Shown: piece by piece, positions 22,282 through 31,385 of the stretch
How the letters are laid out: every line of letters starts with the position of its first letter
Numbering within the stretch: position 1 is the first letter of the stretch
DNA from: a virus
Virus record (IMG/VR): IMGVR_UViG_3300009450_000002
Span: 1 to 32,079 of that record
Direction: 5' to 3' (one strand)
DNA: 32,079 nucleotides
The notes under the pieces: generated by a model
Databases searched by the model: none
What the model was told of the DNA's origin: nothing
The model's input: the letters and a program-made list of their open reading frames with translations, nothing else
Made by a program: the position numbers and the translations under genes

Positions 22282-23171
22282 GAGATGGTCACCGTTTCTG
22301 AGGTTGTGCTAGTAGCTGTCACAGTGTAAACCCTGTTCAAACCAACGACGGCGTTCGTCTGTGTGACACCGCCAGAAAATGTTGCGGTTGCTTGGATTGG
22401 CAAAGTGAAGATGACAACACCGGAACCGCCAGAACCGCCAGTGCCACCATTCGGGCAACCACCACCACCACCACCAGTGTTCACCGTACCCGCCGAACCT
22501 GTAGCGCCACTACCGCCACCACCAAGCCCAGGTGTCCCACCTGAAGCATATATTCCACCACCGCCACCGCCCGCTCGATACACCGATGAGCCTGTAATAC
22601 TCGAAGCAACACCGTTACCCCCAGCACCACCAGTGTTTGTGGCACCGACACTACCCGCAGCACCGGCACCACCGCCACCGCCAGAACCGTCAGTGTTTGC
22701 CCCGCCACCACCGCCACCAGCGTAACCTTGCCCTGTGGTACCTGCTGCACCAGCGCCCACGTTTGCGCCACCACCACCGGAACCACCAGAAGAAGCAGTC
22801 GGCCTACCACCGCGACCACCACCGAGCGAAACAACGGCGTTGAAAACTGAGTCGGCACCGTTAGCATAAGAAGCCCCACCAGGACCACCAGCACCCACAG
22901 TTACGGTATAGACACCAGGACTTAAGCTTAACGCCGTCTCAGCGGAAGCCCCGCCACCAGAAGACTCACCAGAAACATTAGAACGATAACCACCAGCACC
23001 AGACCCACCACCGGCGTTCTCGCCTGGAGTGTTTTCCTCATTAGGTGAACCGCCACCGCCCGCAATAACAAGATAGGTGCAAGCATAAGGTGGTGCACCA
23101 AAAGTCGTAGACATATTCCGGTACTTAGCAAAGTCCCTTATGGAACTGTTTGCCATAGAAGTAACAGCCAT
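22278..23171 (-). CDS. Glycine-rich tail fibre / minor tail protein
   Basis: 297 aa with long GGxGG tracts and a short beta-rich C-terminus, located in the tail-tip module. Confidence 0.7.
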   Translation of the reverse strand: MAVTSMANSSIRDFAKYRNMSTTFGAPPYACTYLVIAGGGGSPNEENTPGENAGGGSGAGGYRSNVSGESSGGGASAETALSLSPGVYTVTVGAGGPGGASYANGADSVFNAVVSLGGGRGGRPTASSGGSGGGGANVGAGAAGTTGQGYAGGGGGGANTDGSGGGGGAGAAGSVGATNTGGAGGNGVASSITGSSVYRAGGGGGGIYASGGTPGLGGGGSGATGSAGTVNTGGGGGGCPNGGTGGSGGSGVVIFTLPIQATATFSGGVTQTNAVVGLNRVYTVTATSTTSETVTIS

Positions 23172-23182
23172 TAGTTACCCCC

Positions 23183-23521
23183 TTAGACGGTTACTTCAGC
23201 ACCGAAAGCGTTGATGGACAACTCCGAAGCCGTCCCAGCCGCGGCGACACTGAGAACGTCAGTGGCCTCCATCGTGATGCCGAGGGTCAGAGTCGTGGAG
23301 TCATTCGCGGCGACGGGCACGTCGTAGGCCAGATAGTGCTTGTCACTGATCGCGTCACCAGTGGTCCTCAAGGCCAGACGGAAAGTGTCAGCCGAGGATG
23401 CACGGTTCGCAATCACCACAGTGCTGATGACAGTGTCAGTTGCAGACGGGCAGGTGTACAGTGTGGTCAGCGTGGACGATGTCAGGTCCAACTGTCCAAG
23501 TGTCTTATATGAGGTTGCCAT
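23183..23521 (-). CDS. Minor tail / baseplate-associated hypothetical protein, 112 aa
   Basis: ORF track. It is S/T/A-rich and beta-type in composition. Confidence 0.55.
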   Translation of the reverse strand: MATSYKTLGQLDLTSSTLTTLYTCPSATDTVISTVVIANRASSADTFRLALRTTGDAISDKHYLAYDVPVAANDSTTLTLGITMEATDVLSVAAAGTASELSINAFGAEVTV

Positions 23522-23536
23522 GTTTCCTTGTTTCTC

Positions 23537-23800
23537 CTATGCGCCCATGAGCAGGAAGTTCTGCTCAAAGCCTATATCAGCACCACCGGCGCTCACCCAG
23601 GAACTGCCGGTGTAGTACTCGAACGCGTCAGTGTCTTTCAGGAACCTGAACTGTCCTTCCTGAGGTGACGCGATTGCTGATCCAGCCGTGGCCGAGTTTG
23701 CGAACACAGGGATCACCTGAGCCTGGAGGTAGGTGTTAACTTCCTCAGCCGTAAGAACAGCACCGGCCGAGAATGTTTTGACGCCCGCTGGAACGGCCAC
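23537..23800 (-). CDS. Minor tail protein, 87 aa
   Basis: GTG start with GGAG 6 nt upstream. The LTAEEVNTYLQ...PQEGQ...YYTGSSW pattern is common at the N-termini of actinophage minor tail proteins. Confidence 0.55.
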   Translation of the reverse strand: MAVPAGVKTFSAGAVLTAEEVNTYLQAQVIPVFANSATAGSAIASPQEGQFRFLKDTDAFEYYTGSSWVSAGGADIGFEQNFLLMGA

Positions 23801-23810
23801 AGATAACTCC

Positions 23811-25001
23811 TTAGAACGCTAGATGGTCTGTGTCTAGGATACCAAACAGGGCGTCATCCAACACAAGGAACGTCCAGTCAAGTGAGGTCACACCGATACT
23901 AACCTCATGCCTGTTCTGGTCTATCTTGTGGTCGATTTTGATGATCTGACCGAACTGTTCGATAGGCGAACCCAGCCCGTTGGGAGTGAACACAAATTTC
24001 GTTATGTCACCCAGTTCGAGTCCGAGTATGGTGGCCTTGTCAGACGTGCCCAGGTTTCTCAGATTGATGATGACTTTCTCAATACGGTACTCAGGTGTCC
24101 CATACTTCTGTACCGTGAAGTTGGCTAAGTTTCCGGCCTGCTCAACCGTCGACAGAAGGGTATTGATGCTGGTCGAGGTGACACCGAACGTAGTCCTCGA
24201 ACCCTGGTTCAGTGCCGTAGCGTTCCCTACCGGTGTTTCCACAGTCGCCGTGTTGAATAGCAACTCAGTACCATAGGACACCTCCACACGGGTGTACTGG
24301 ATACCACTGCCATCGTCAGCGAACGTGGTGAACGTGTCTGATGTGGGTGTGGCGTCAAGGCGATCACGGAAGAACAACTGACCGTTCTTGCCCACGAACA
24401 GTTGACCGTTCTCGGAGGCCTCTACTTTCTGCAGATACTCCAGCGCGTTACCACTAGCGTCGAACACGTCAGCACCTAGCGTGGAAACGCCTGTGTCAAT
24501 GTTGCGATTAGCCTCAGGCCAGTTCACTGACTCCATGTCAAGAACAGCGCTCACACGGGCACCTGTGGCTTCTGGCGTGGCAGTCCCAGCCGTCAGTGTC
24601 TGTCGTGCCAGTAGACCCATTTCGTCAGTCGCCACGAATGATGCTTTCGATCTACTGTCAGGGTCATAGTCGAAGTTGTAGTCCTGGATTACACCGATGA
24701 ATTGTTGGATGCCGTCGACCGTAACCTTCACCTTACGTCGAGGGATAATGTCGCCATACAGTGGTGACGATGTGTAGTTAGGATCAAACTTTCTGTCTTC
24801 GTTGTTCAGTGTGATCGCGAACCGGCCAGGTGTGAACCGGTCTAGTTCACGGTTCTTCCCACGGGCAATCGAGGCGTTTATGAGCGCTGATGATATGTCA
24901 CGGAACACCTCACCACCTAACTCTGACGTATCCAGCACACCGTACACAGGATCATCCAGGATGAAGCCTTCTGTAGCACTAATTTCGACAATAGTCGCCA
25001 T
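23811..25001 (-). CDS. Distal tail protein (Dit-like) / minor tail protein
   Basis: 396 aa, immediately after the tape measure gene. Confidence 0.6.
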   Translation of the reverse strand: MATIVEISATEGFILDDPVYGVLDTSELGGEVFRDISSALINASIARGKNRELDRFTPGRFAITLNNEDRKFDPNYTSSPLYGDIIPRRKVKVTVDGIQQFIGVIQDYNFDYDPDSRSKASFVATDEMGLLARQTLTAGTATPEATGARVSAVLDMESVNWPEANRNIDTGVSTLGADVFDASGNALEYLQKVEASENGQLFVGKNGQLFFRDRLDATPTSDTFTTFADDGSGIQYTRVEVSYGTELLFNTATVETPVGNATALNQGSRTTFGVTSTSINTLLSTVEQAGNLANFTVQKYGTPEYRIEKVIINLRNLGTSDKATILGLELGDITKFVFTPNGLGSPIEQFGQIIKIDHKIDQNRHEVSIGVTSLDWTFLVLDDALFGILDTDHLAF

Positions 25002-25003
25002 GA

Positions 25004-27220
25004 CTACTGCCTAGCCGACTGGAAAACTGGGGCCGCATAGCGGTCATACTGGAGAAGAATCGAGTAGATTTCGTCACCCAACTGTGTGGGATCAGTACCC
25101 ATTCCAGCGTTCACCGTGATTTCATACTTGCGCTGATCAGCACCCTGACCAGAACGGAACTGAGTCATACCGTTATAGTCGAAGAACCCAGGCTCCAATC
25201 CCTGGTCAGTGAACCCAGACATGCCACCCATGAATCCTGGCATGTTCAACTGGCGTACCGCCTCGGCGGCACGGTACCGGCCTATTGCGTCACGGTTTTG
25301 ACGTGTCACCATGTCACTGATACCTGACACATCACGTTGCGGGAAAGTCATGCCAGAGAACTTGCCAAGGTCACTTTCGATTAGACCTAGTTCGCGACGG
25401 TAGTCCTCCAGTGGAGTGATGTCAGGTACCAGTGAACGGAAGTCGACGCGACTCAGAGCGTTGTATTGCTTGCCTCCAAGTGCCGCAATCGCGCCACCAA
25501 CAGCGTTCAGACCATCCACTACCAGGTTGATGGCGTGCTCAAATGTATAGACGATTGCGTCAGCAAGACTCTTCGTGAGCCACTGGATGCCGTATGTGAC
25601 GGCCGCCCATGTTTCGTAGAAGCCGGTGATAAACCCTCCACTGGTTTTCACGCTATCGTCCACATGGAACAGGGCGTAAGAGATACCTACCAGGGCGGCG
25701 ATCGCCGCGGCGATGATTCCCAGACCGGAAAATACGACACCAAGGAAGCCCTTCTGCCCTGCCGCGGCGGTCAGTCCTGCACCACCTGTGACACCCAACC
25801 AAGTCGACATGACCTTCAAGATGCCGATGAACAATGCTCCAGAGAGAATGAGGGCACCGAATATTTCACCGTTCTCCGCCAGCACACCACTGAAGCCTTC
25901 CATTATCGGAGCGATTTCCTCGATGACACCTGACAGTACCGGCATGATTGCTTGAGCCATACCCAATACCAGTGTCGCCAGGTCACCCACCACAGGTATG
26001 AGTGGGATAAGCGCCTCGATGAACCCAGGCAACTGGGTGAACAGTTCCTCGATGACCGGTGCCATTTCCTCGAACAAGCCGATGAGCGCTGGAGCCAACT
26101 CATCAATCAGTGGACCCATTTCTTCAGCGAATGTCATCAGTGTGGGTGTCAAACCCTCACCCACGGTCAGCATCACATCAGTGAACCGTGACTTCAGCAA
26201 ATCCAGTTGGGCGTTAAACGTTTCTAACTGCTTACCTGACACCTCATCAGTGGTGCCACCGGCATCCTTCAGTGACTGCTCATACTCACGGATTGCCTCA
26301 GAGGTACCCATGAGGGCCATCAGGGATGCTAGGGATTTATCAGAAAACCCCATTTGAAGCAGTGTGGCCTTGGCTGTTTCGTCAGACATGCCATCTAGGG
26401 CACCCTCCAGATCGCCAACTATGTCGGCCATGTTGCGCATTTCGCCAGCCGAATCGAACACTGACACGTTGTACCGGTCGAACTCTCGACGGTTGTCGAT
26501 AGCCTTCGTTGTCAGGTCACGTAGAACAATCGACAGTTGTGTGCCAGCGATTTCACCCTTGATACCCTGGTCAGCGAACGCGGCGAGTACCGCGACACCT
26601 TCCTCGACCTCTTTGCCAAGTGACCGTAGGGCGGCACCGGCCTTGGTGGTGAGCGCCTTGGAGAACTGTTCCACTGAGGCGTTCGCCAGAGTGTTGGCCT
26701 TGACCAGAACGTCAGACACACGGGTTAGGTTTGTCAGGTTCGCGGTGGCATCATCGACTGTCAGACCCAACGCTGATTGAGCGTCAGTGAGAAGGTCTGT
26801 CGCCAGGGCCATGTCGAACATACCGGCTTGAGCGAACTTCGACACCTGAGGTAGTGCCGCGATCGACTGTGTAGCATCCAGACCTGCAGACGCCAGGAAG
26901 AAGAATGATTCGGCGGCTTGGTTAGCACTGAACGTGGTTTCTTTCGCAACCTCACGGGCGGCCTGTGCCATATCGCTTCGTAGCGTGTCAGACACATCCC
27001 CCATGATGGCCAGGGACTTTGTCATTTCAGCATCGAATTCAGCGAACGCCTTCACAGACATCACCGCGAACGCGCCTACCGCGGCAGTCGCCGCACCTAA
27101 CGCGATGCCAGCGTTCTTGCCAAAATTGGTCAGTGACTTCTCAGCCTGCCTGATACCTTTGTCATCGAACTTGCTGACGATAGGTAGACGAATTGGACCG
27201 CCAGCCATCACAGACCCCAC
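25004..27220 (-). CDS. Tail tape measure protein
   Basis: This is the longest ORF at 738 aa. It is Ala/Gly/Leu-rich and helical, with hydrophobic central segments. ATG 27208 (TGATG overlap with the upstream stop) is an alternative start. Confidence 0.9.
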   Translation of the reverse strand: MGSVMAGGPIRLPIVSKFDDKGIRQAEKSLTNFGKNAGIALGAATAAVGAFAVMSVKAFAEFDAEMTKSLAIMGDVSDTLRSDMAQAAREVAKETTFSANQAAESFFFLASAGLDATQSIAALPQVSKFAQAGMFDMALATDLLTDAQSALGLTVDDATANLTNLTRVSDVLVKANTLANASVEQFSKALTTKAGAALRSLGKEVEEGVAVLAAFADQGIKGEIAGTQLSIVLRDLTTKAIDNRREFDRYNVSVFDSAGEMRNMADIVGDLEGALDGMSDETAKATLLQMGFSDKSLASLMALMGTSEAIREYEQSLKDAGGTTDEVSGKQLETFNAQLDLLKSRFTDVMLTVGEGLTPTLMTFAEEMGPLIDELAPALIGLFEEMAPVIEELFTQLPGFIEALIPLIPVVGDLATLVLGMAQAIMPVLSGVIEEIAPIMEGFSGVLAENGEIFGALILSGALFIGILKVMSTWLGVTGGAGLTAAAGQKGFLGVVFSGLGIIAAAIAALVGISYALFHVDDSVKTSGGFITGFYETWAAVTYGIQWLTKSLADAIVYTFEHAINLVVDGLNAVGGAIAALGGKQYNALSRVDFRSLVPDITPLEDYRRELGLIESDLGKFSGMTFPQRDVSGISDMVTRQNRDAIGRYRAAEAVRQLNMPGFMGGMSGFTDQGLEPGFFDYNGMTQFRSGQGADQRKYEITVNAGMGTDPTQLGDEIYSILLQYDRYAAPVFQSARQ

Positions 27221-27819
27221 ATTCTAGAATTGAGTTTTTGGTTGTAATCCCTCATGAAGGCGTCGATGATAGACGCGGTCACTCGGATAATCCTTGGCCG
27301 TGACTTCAGGAACTCATCGTAGGCGAACCGTCCCGCGACACCCTTGATGGGTTTCGCCCTATCCAATGCGGCGATGAACTCATCACCCTGAGTCGTCACC
27401 TTGTGACTCATTTTCGCTGACGAACCACGGCGTGTATATGTACGTGACTGGTTAGACCGTGCTGATCGCGGTCTGATACCAGCGAGTTCACCATAGTTGA
27501 ATCCGAGGCCACGGGAACCACCGGTCACCTCGATAGCCAACAGGTTGTTCCAGCCACCTGATTTACCAGTGGAGAACTTCACCTGTGGTTTATTAGCGCC
27601 ACGCCATTTCGTGCGACCACGGTGTGACATGGATGGTCGACCGTCACGTGCCTGGATAGGTGGAGTCTTAGGGATAGCGGCGTGGATTTCTGCCACAGTG
27701 GGGCCTAGACCCGTTGCTAGTTTCTGTTGGAGTTTCCGTGTGACACGTGAATCGATTTGCCGGAGGTCGCGAATGACTGCCTGAATCTCACGCCCGTCAA
27801 CACGTGCATCGATTTTCAC
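27208..27819 (-). CDS. Basic 203-aa structural-module protein (possibly HK97 gp10-like tail completion)
   Basis: ORF track. The N-terminus MKIDARVDGREIQAVIRDLRQI resembles gp10-family starts. Its position between GT and the tape measure gene is unusual. Confidence 0.45.
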   Translation of the reverse strand: MKIDARVDGREIQAVIRDLRQIDSRVTRKLQQKLATGLGPTVAEIHAAIPKTPPIQARDGRPSMSHRGRTKWRGANKPQVKFSTGKSGGWNNLLAIEVTGGSRGLGFNYGELAGIRPRSARSNQSRTYTRRGSSAKMSHKVTTQGDEFIAALDRAKPIKGVAGRFAYDEFLKSRPRIIRVTASIIDAFMRDYNQKLNSRMWGL

Positions 27820-27846
27820 ACAGACTCCTAACCCCTAGCCTCCATT

Positions 27847-28268
27847 CTACCGTCGCCGGTGTCTAGAAGACTTCTGTTGGTTCTGGGCACGTGCGATCAT
27901 GTAACGCTCAATCGTCCACAACATCCTGGGTTCTAACTCCAGAAGGTCCAGTGGGGATATGCCTGTTTCGACTGCAATCGTGGCGACCTTCCAGTGCATG
28001 GAATCGTCACCCAGGCCAATTATTTTCCCGTGTCCCCCATGACGACGTTGTCGATACTACCCAGCCACTTGTCGAAGTCATCCTTGGTGTCACCGGTTCG
28101 TTTCTGGGCGTGGTGTGCCAGGAAGAATAGGTGAGTCATACGGATTTCTTTTTCAAGGCGTGACATAGACATATCGAAATGTTGTTCGAATGCGACGATG
28201 TCCACGGCCTTCACCGTGACTGTTTTTTCAGTGCCGTCAGCGTACTGTATGACCAATTCTAGTTTCAT
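27847..28268 (-). CDS. Tail assembly chaperone -1 frameshift product (gpGT-like), about 140 aa
   Basis: After the slip at G_GGA_AAA, the -1 frame stays open for 58 more codons (IIGLGDDSMHWKVATIAVETGISPLDLLELEPRMLWTIERYMIARAQNQQKSSRHRRR) to TAG at 27847-27849. Confidence 0.6.
28020..28268 (-). CDS. Tail assembly chaperone (gpG-like)
   Basis: 82 aa, between the major tail and tape measure genes. It ends on a slippery heptamer. Confidence 0.7.
   Translation of the reverse strand: MKLELVIQYADGTEKTVTVKAVDIVAFEQHFDMSMSRLEKEIRMTHLFFLAHHAQKRTGDTKDDFDKWLGSIDNVVMGDTGK
28023..28029 (-). promoter_or_regulatory. Programmed -1 ribosomal frameshift slippery heptamer G_GGA_AAA
   Basis: The minus strand reads ACG GGA AAA TAA. 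The heptamer is in X_XXY_YYZ register and directly abuts the stop codon. Confidence 0.6.
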
Positions 28269-28288
28269 GCTGGTCAGTCTAACCTAAA

Positions 28289-28702
28289 TTAGGCAGTAGC
28301 GCGTGTGATTCCTGCCGTGCCTGCCAGACTCCAGGTGGTGCTGAACGTGGCCAAATCCCCGACTGAGGAAGCGTAGGGTTGGTAAGATTCGACCAAAAAT
28401 ACGCCGCTGTAAGAGGGATTGGAACTGGAGAGTGCCCCAGAGGTTGGCTTGATCACCACGGTAGCGTTCGCGCCAATCAGCGGGAACAGAACCGAGTCGA
28501 TTCCAGAAGCGCCGAAGTCTTGGTGCCAGTCGATGGTTACTGATGCATCCTTGAGTCCACCAATGCGGTTCCGGTAATCGCTAGAGAACGATGTCGTTTC
28601 AACAGCGTCAGCGGTGATGTCCAAAGTCACCGCGGCAATGTTGGACGAGTAGTCCTGACCGTTCACACTGATGGCATAGTCTGTCGCTACGAAGCGTGCC
28701 AC
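28289..28702 (-). CDS. Major tail (tube) protein
   Basis: 137 aa. GTG start with AAGGAG upstream. Its position before the chaperones and its beta-rich composition fit a tube protein. Confidence 0.6.
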   Translation of the reverse strand: MARFVATDYAISVNGQDYSSNIAAVTLDITADAVETTSFSSDYRNRIGGLKDASVTIDWHQDFGASGIDSVLFPLIGANATVVIKPTSGALSSSNPSYSGVFLVESYQPYASSVGDLATFSTTWSLAGTAGITRATA

Positions 28703-28713
28703 GTTGTTTCTCC

Positions 28714-29121
28714 TTAGTTGCTATATACGGTGACGATGAAGTCTGCTGAAAGCATCGCAACATCTCCACCTAATGATACCGTACCGATGTTAGTCATCGT
28801 CGATACGTTTACGTCGAAGGCGTTCCCTCCGAGGGTCTTGTCGGACTCGATCGCGGTCTTGATTCCACCTGAACCGGTCGAGGCGTAGGCGTTCAGTTTG
28901 TCCTGTGCTGACCGTTCGTCAGCGCGTGCCACCAACACTGATACACGGAACTGATAGGTGACTAGACCGTTCTGGAAAGCGTTGTCGTAGTCGATGTTCT
29001 CCAGCATGACAATCGCCTGTGGTGGCATTGGGTTGTCAGGGATGGTGGACGCTGTTCTGAGTCCACTGATGGTCGCCAGGTTCGTCGCCAGGGCGTTCCT
29101 GATTGACGTGATGCTGGTCAC
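28714..29121 (-). CDS. Neck / tail terminator-type protein
   Basis: 135 aa, between the connector and the tube gene. The N-terminus IRNALATNLATISGL is typical of tail-completion families. Confidence 0.45.
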   Translation of the reverse strand: MTSITSIRNALATNLATISGLRTASTIPDNPMPPQAIVMLENIDYDNAFQNGLVTYQFRVSVLVARADERSAQDKLNAYASTGSGGIKTAIESDKTLGGNAFDVNVSTMTNIGTVSLGGDVAMLSADFIVTVYSN

Positions 29122-29732
29122 GCCATTCTCACCTTCTTGTAAGGCATCAGTAATTTCTCGACATCTGGATCAACACGGCCGACACGTAATGCTCCGAGTT
29201 CGTCGAACGATACACCCAGTGGTGTGTCATACCGCTTGAACTGTCGCATGGCCAGGATGATGGTGGCCTGCCTGATCGCTGTTGGCACTGCAGACCAACC
29301 GAACACACCAACGACTTGGACAGTGGCCTCATGACTGTTGACGTTCTTGGGACTCCATAAGGGGAACAGGTATGAGCCGATGGCACGAATGCGAGTGTAT
29401 GGGTGTCCGATGAGTCCACCAGATATTCCGTTCAGTGGCTCCAGTTGGTAGTCGCCTGATGCTGACCAGGTGGTGTCGAACGATTCACCGGTCGAGGATG
29501 TCTTGAGTGTGGTGACGCTGATGATGTCGTCTGTTTCTGTGTAGAACGTGTCTGTGGGGATGTACACCCTTGTTGCTGTTCCAGCGTTGTAGAACACGCG
29601 CTCACAGTAGCCGTCGATTTCACGTGATGCCGCTTCGATGGATAGTTCCAGCATCGTGTCGTCGACACTATCTTGGATGCGAAACCCAGATTTGACGTCA
29701 GCGAGTGTGGCGTAGCCATTAGTAATTGCCAT
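29118..29732 (-). CDS. Head-tail connector (gp6-like adaptor)
   Basis: YATLADVKSGFRIQDSVDDTMLELSIEAASREIDGYCERVF is a gp6-like head-tail connector signature. Confidence 0.65.
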   Translation of the reverse strand: MAITNGYATLADVKSGFRIQDSVDDTMLELSIEAASREIDGYCERVFYNAGTATRVYIPTDTFYTETDDIISVTTLKTSSTGESFDTTWSASGDYQLEPLNGISGGLIGHPYTRIRAIGSYLFPLWSPKNVNSHEATVQVVGVFGWSAVPTAIRQATIILAMRQFKRYDTPLGVSFDELGALRVGRVDPDVEKLLMPYKKVRMA

Positions 29733-29750
29733 TGAAAGCCTCCAGGTTCT

Positions 29751-29756
29751 ATTCTA
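29751..29756 (-). promoter_or_regulatory. Candidate -10 box (TAGAAT) for the tail operon
   Basis: The minus strand reads TAGAAT 18 nt upstream of ATG 29732, with GGAGG in between. No clear -35 is present. Confidence 0.25.
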
Positions 29757-29803
29757 CCTGTGGGGCGTGTTTCAGGGATTTGGAAATTGTTTGGTTTTGG
29801 TAC

Positions 29804-29833
29804 TTGACATTGTTGTGTCTAGTGCCATACAGT
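29804..29833 (+). promoter_or_regulatory. Promoter P2: TTGACA-N18-TACAGT, a paralogue of P1
   Basis: TTGACA at 29804-29809 and TACAGT at 29828-29833. The flanks and leader (GAGTCATCA...AGAGAAAGGnAACACCA) are shared with 1952-2011. Confidence 0.6.
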
Positions 29834-29866
29834 GGAGTCATCATCAACCCAGAGAAAGGCAACACC

Positions 29867-30031
29867 ATGAACATCAAAGAAAATGACCGCCAGTACCGTC
29901 AGATTATGAAGTCCATTAAGGTTCGTCAGGAAATGATTGACACTGCAACCACAGATGCAGAGAAGCGCAATCACACGCTGGCCATGTCAGACCTGATGGC
30001 AATGCTGACAGTCCTCAACCGTCGCCTCTAA
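29867..30031 (+). CDS. 54-aa helical small protein
   Basis: I trimmed the track ORF (29726) to ATG 29867, which lies behind the conserved leader and RBS. Sequence begins MNIKENDRQYRQIMKSIKVRQEMIDTATTDAEKRNHTLAMSDL... Confidence 0.55.
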   Translation: MNIKENDRQYRQIMKSIKVRQEMIDTATTDAEKRNHTLAMSDLMAMLTVLNRRL

Positions 30032-30047
30032 AGACAGACCAGAGAGT

Positions 30048-30076
30048 GCCCCGCTACGGCGGGGCCTTTCTCATTT
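30048..30076 (+). terminator. Rho-independent terminator; the hairpin also closes the convergent GT operon
   Basis: GCCCCGC-TACG-GCGGGGC is followed by CTTTCTCATTT. Confidence 0.65.
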
Positions 30077-30724
30077 ATCCCAAGCGTTCTCACGGCGACG
30101 CTCCAGTGACCAGCCTCCAGGTCCAAAGTCGCCACGCGCCACCTTGTCGTCATAGTATCTACGGTTCGAACCATGAGTCCGATGATTTAACTCCATCAGA
30201 CGCTGATCAGAATGAATCGTAGAACTATTGTCATGGCCGATAGGGAACGGCACCTTCCGAACAGGCACACCATGATGATTAGCACGCCTTATCATGTCCA
30301 CATCCTCCATGAAGGCAGGGTAGATAGCCTCATCGAATAGACCCATCGCCGTCAGCGCCTCATCACCGATAGCAAACGCCTGCCAGTAGGGAAAGGTGTC
30401 AGACGTCGTTACATCGCTTCTACGGGCCTGTGAAAGGCGCTCAAGGGCACCTGGACCGAACCAGCAATCGTTCGACGCGAATGTCCACACACTGTCATGT
30501 GGGAACAGTTTGATGCCCAGGTTCCATGAACCTGCCACACCCAGGTTCGACGGCATAGACAACACGTGACTGTTCAACACAGGTTTAGGGAAGGCGACGG
30601 TGTCCAACTCTCCACCGTTGTCGATGATGAGCAGATCGCGAACGGGGAAGTCAATCGAGTCCAACATGCGCTGGAGTAGGTCATACCGGTTCAGCACTGG
30701 CACAATCAGGTTAGGGAGCATCAT
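30071..30724 (-). CDS. Glycosyltransferase, GT-A fold (family 2-like)
   Basis: The N-terminus LIVPVLNRYDLLQRMLDSI...LLIIDNG is typical of GT2 enzymes. Confidence 0.7.
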   Translation of the reverse strand: MMLPNLIVPVLNRYDLLQRMLDSIDFPVRDLLIIDNGGELDTVAFPKPVLNSHVLSMPSNLGVAGSWNLGIKLFPHDSVWTFASNDCWFGPGALERLSQARRSDVTTSDTFPYWQAFAIGDEALTAMGLFDEAIYPAFMEDVDMIRRANHHGVPVRKVPFPIGHDNSSTIHSDQRLMELNHRTHGSNRRYYDDKVARGDFGPGGWSLERRRENAWDK

Positions 30725-31385
30725 GTACTCCCTGGAACTTGTGACCCTCCAGGTTGAAGTTCACGAACGGGTTCAGTGAGTACACCCTTGCCCCATACTT
30801 CTCACCCAACCACTTCTTCATCGCGATCAGATGGTTGTCGTACAACTGCCATGGTGTGTGACCGGCAGGGTATCCCTTGACCCTGTGCATGTTGTCGATG
30901 GTGCCACAATCAGCACCAACCAACACGATGTTCCTGGCACCCATGTGTGCGGCCAGATGCATAGACCCGTGGATAGATGACGAACCGAACACTAGTTCTC
31001 CATCCCTGTTGTGTCGTGATGGGTTAAAGGATGACCCAATGGGTTCCCTGAACGTCAACTCATTGATGACGATGTTGCTAGGTTGGGGATTACCGAAGCA
31101 CCATTCCCCTTCACCGTAGTCATACGATGATGACCAGCGTGTCGAACACAGGTCATGGGTAACAGCCAACACCATCCCAGGGTCATTCAGATGTCGCTTG
31201 ACGGCTGGGTGATAGTGAGTGAACAGGTAGTAGTCCCTCAGTGGGAATTGTTCCGCGATCAGGTTTGTTGCAATGCAGACCTTGTCATCGAAGAATGCTG
31301 GATGAAGGAACTGCACTGAGGCACCTGAGCCGAATACCCAGATGGTTTCACCCTCATGGATGTCAGCGAGTTGGGAAAGTTTCAC
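30711..31385 (-). CDS. Putative glycosyltransferase-like Rossmann protein (DUF115/sialyltransferase-like pattern; tentative)
   Basis: I trimmed the track ORF to GTG 31385 (GGAG 7 nt upstream), because the upstream 89 codons overlap the GT4 gene in another frame. Motifs are IWVFGSGAS ... GSSSIHGSMHLAAHMGARNIVLVGADCG. Confidence 0.4.
   Translation of the reverse strand: MKLSQLADIHEGETIWVFGSGASVQFLHPAFFDDKVCIATNLIAEQFPLRDYYLFTHYHPAVKRHLNDPGMVLAVTHDLCSTRWSSSYDYGEGEWCFGNPQPSNIVINELTFREPIGSSFNPSRHNRDGELVFGSSSIHGSMHLAAHMGARNIVLVGADCGTIDNMHRVKGYPAGHTPWQLYDNHLIAMKKWLGEKYGARVYSLNPFVNFNLEGHKFQGVHDAP

Noticed and set aside
22363-22725. Proline-rich 120-aa plus-strand ORF, plus other ORFs at 22481-22894, 22637-22843 and 22928-23131
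   Set aside because: These are mirror or alternate frames of the GGN-rich glycine-rich fibre gene. The low-complexity composition keeps all frames open.
27891-28130. 79-aa plus-strand ORF in the apparent gap after the chaperone gene
   Set aside because: It is antisense to the chaperone and its -1 frameshift extension. The minus-strand -1 frame explains the open reading capacity better.
29726-29866. Long version (101 aa) of the plus-strand ORF ending at 30031
   Set aside because: It would start inside the connector gene and read through the P2 promoter. The conserved leader and RBS shared with P1 point to ATG 29867.
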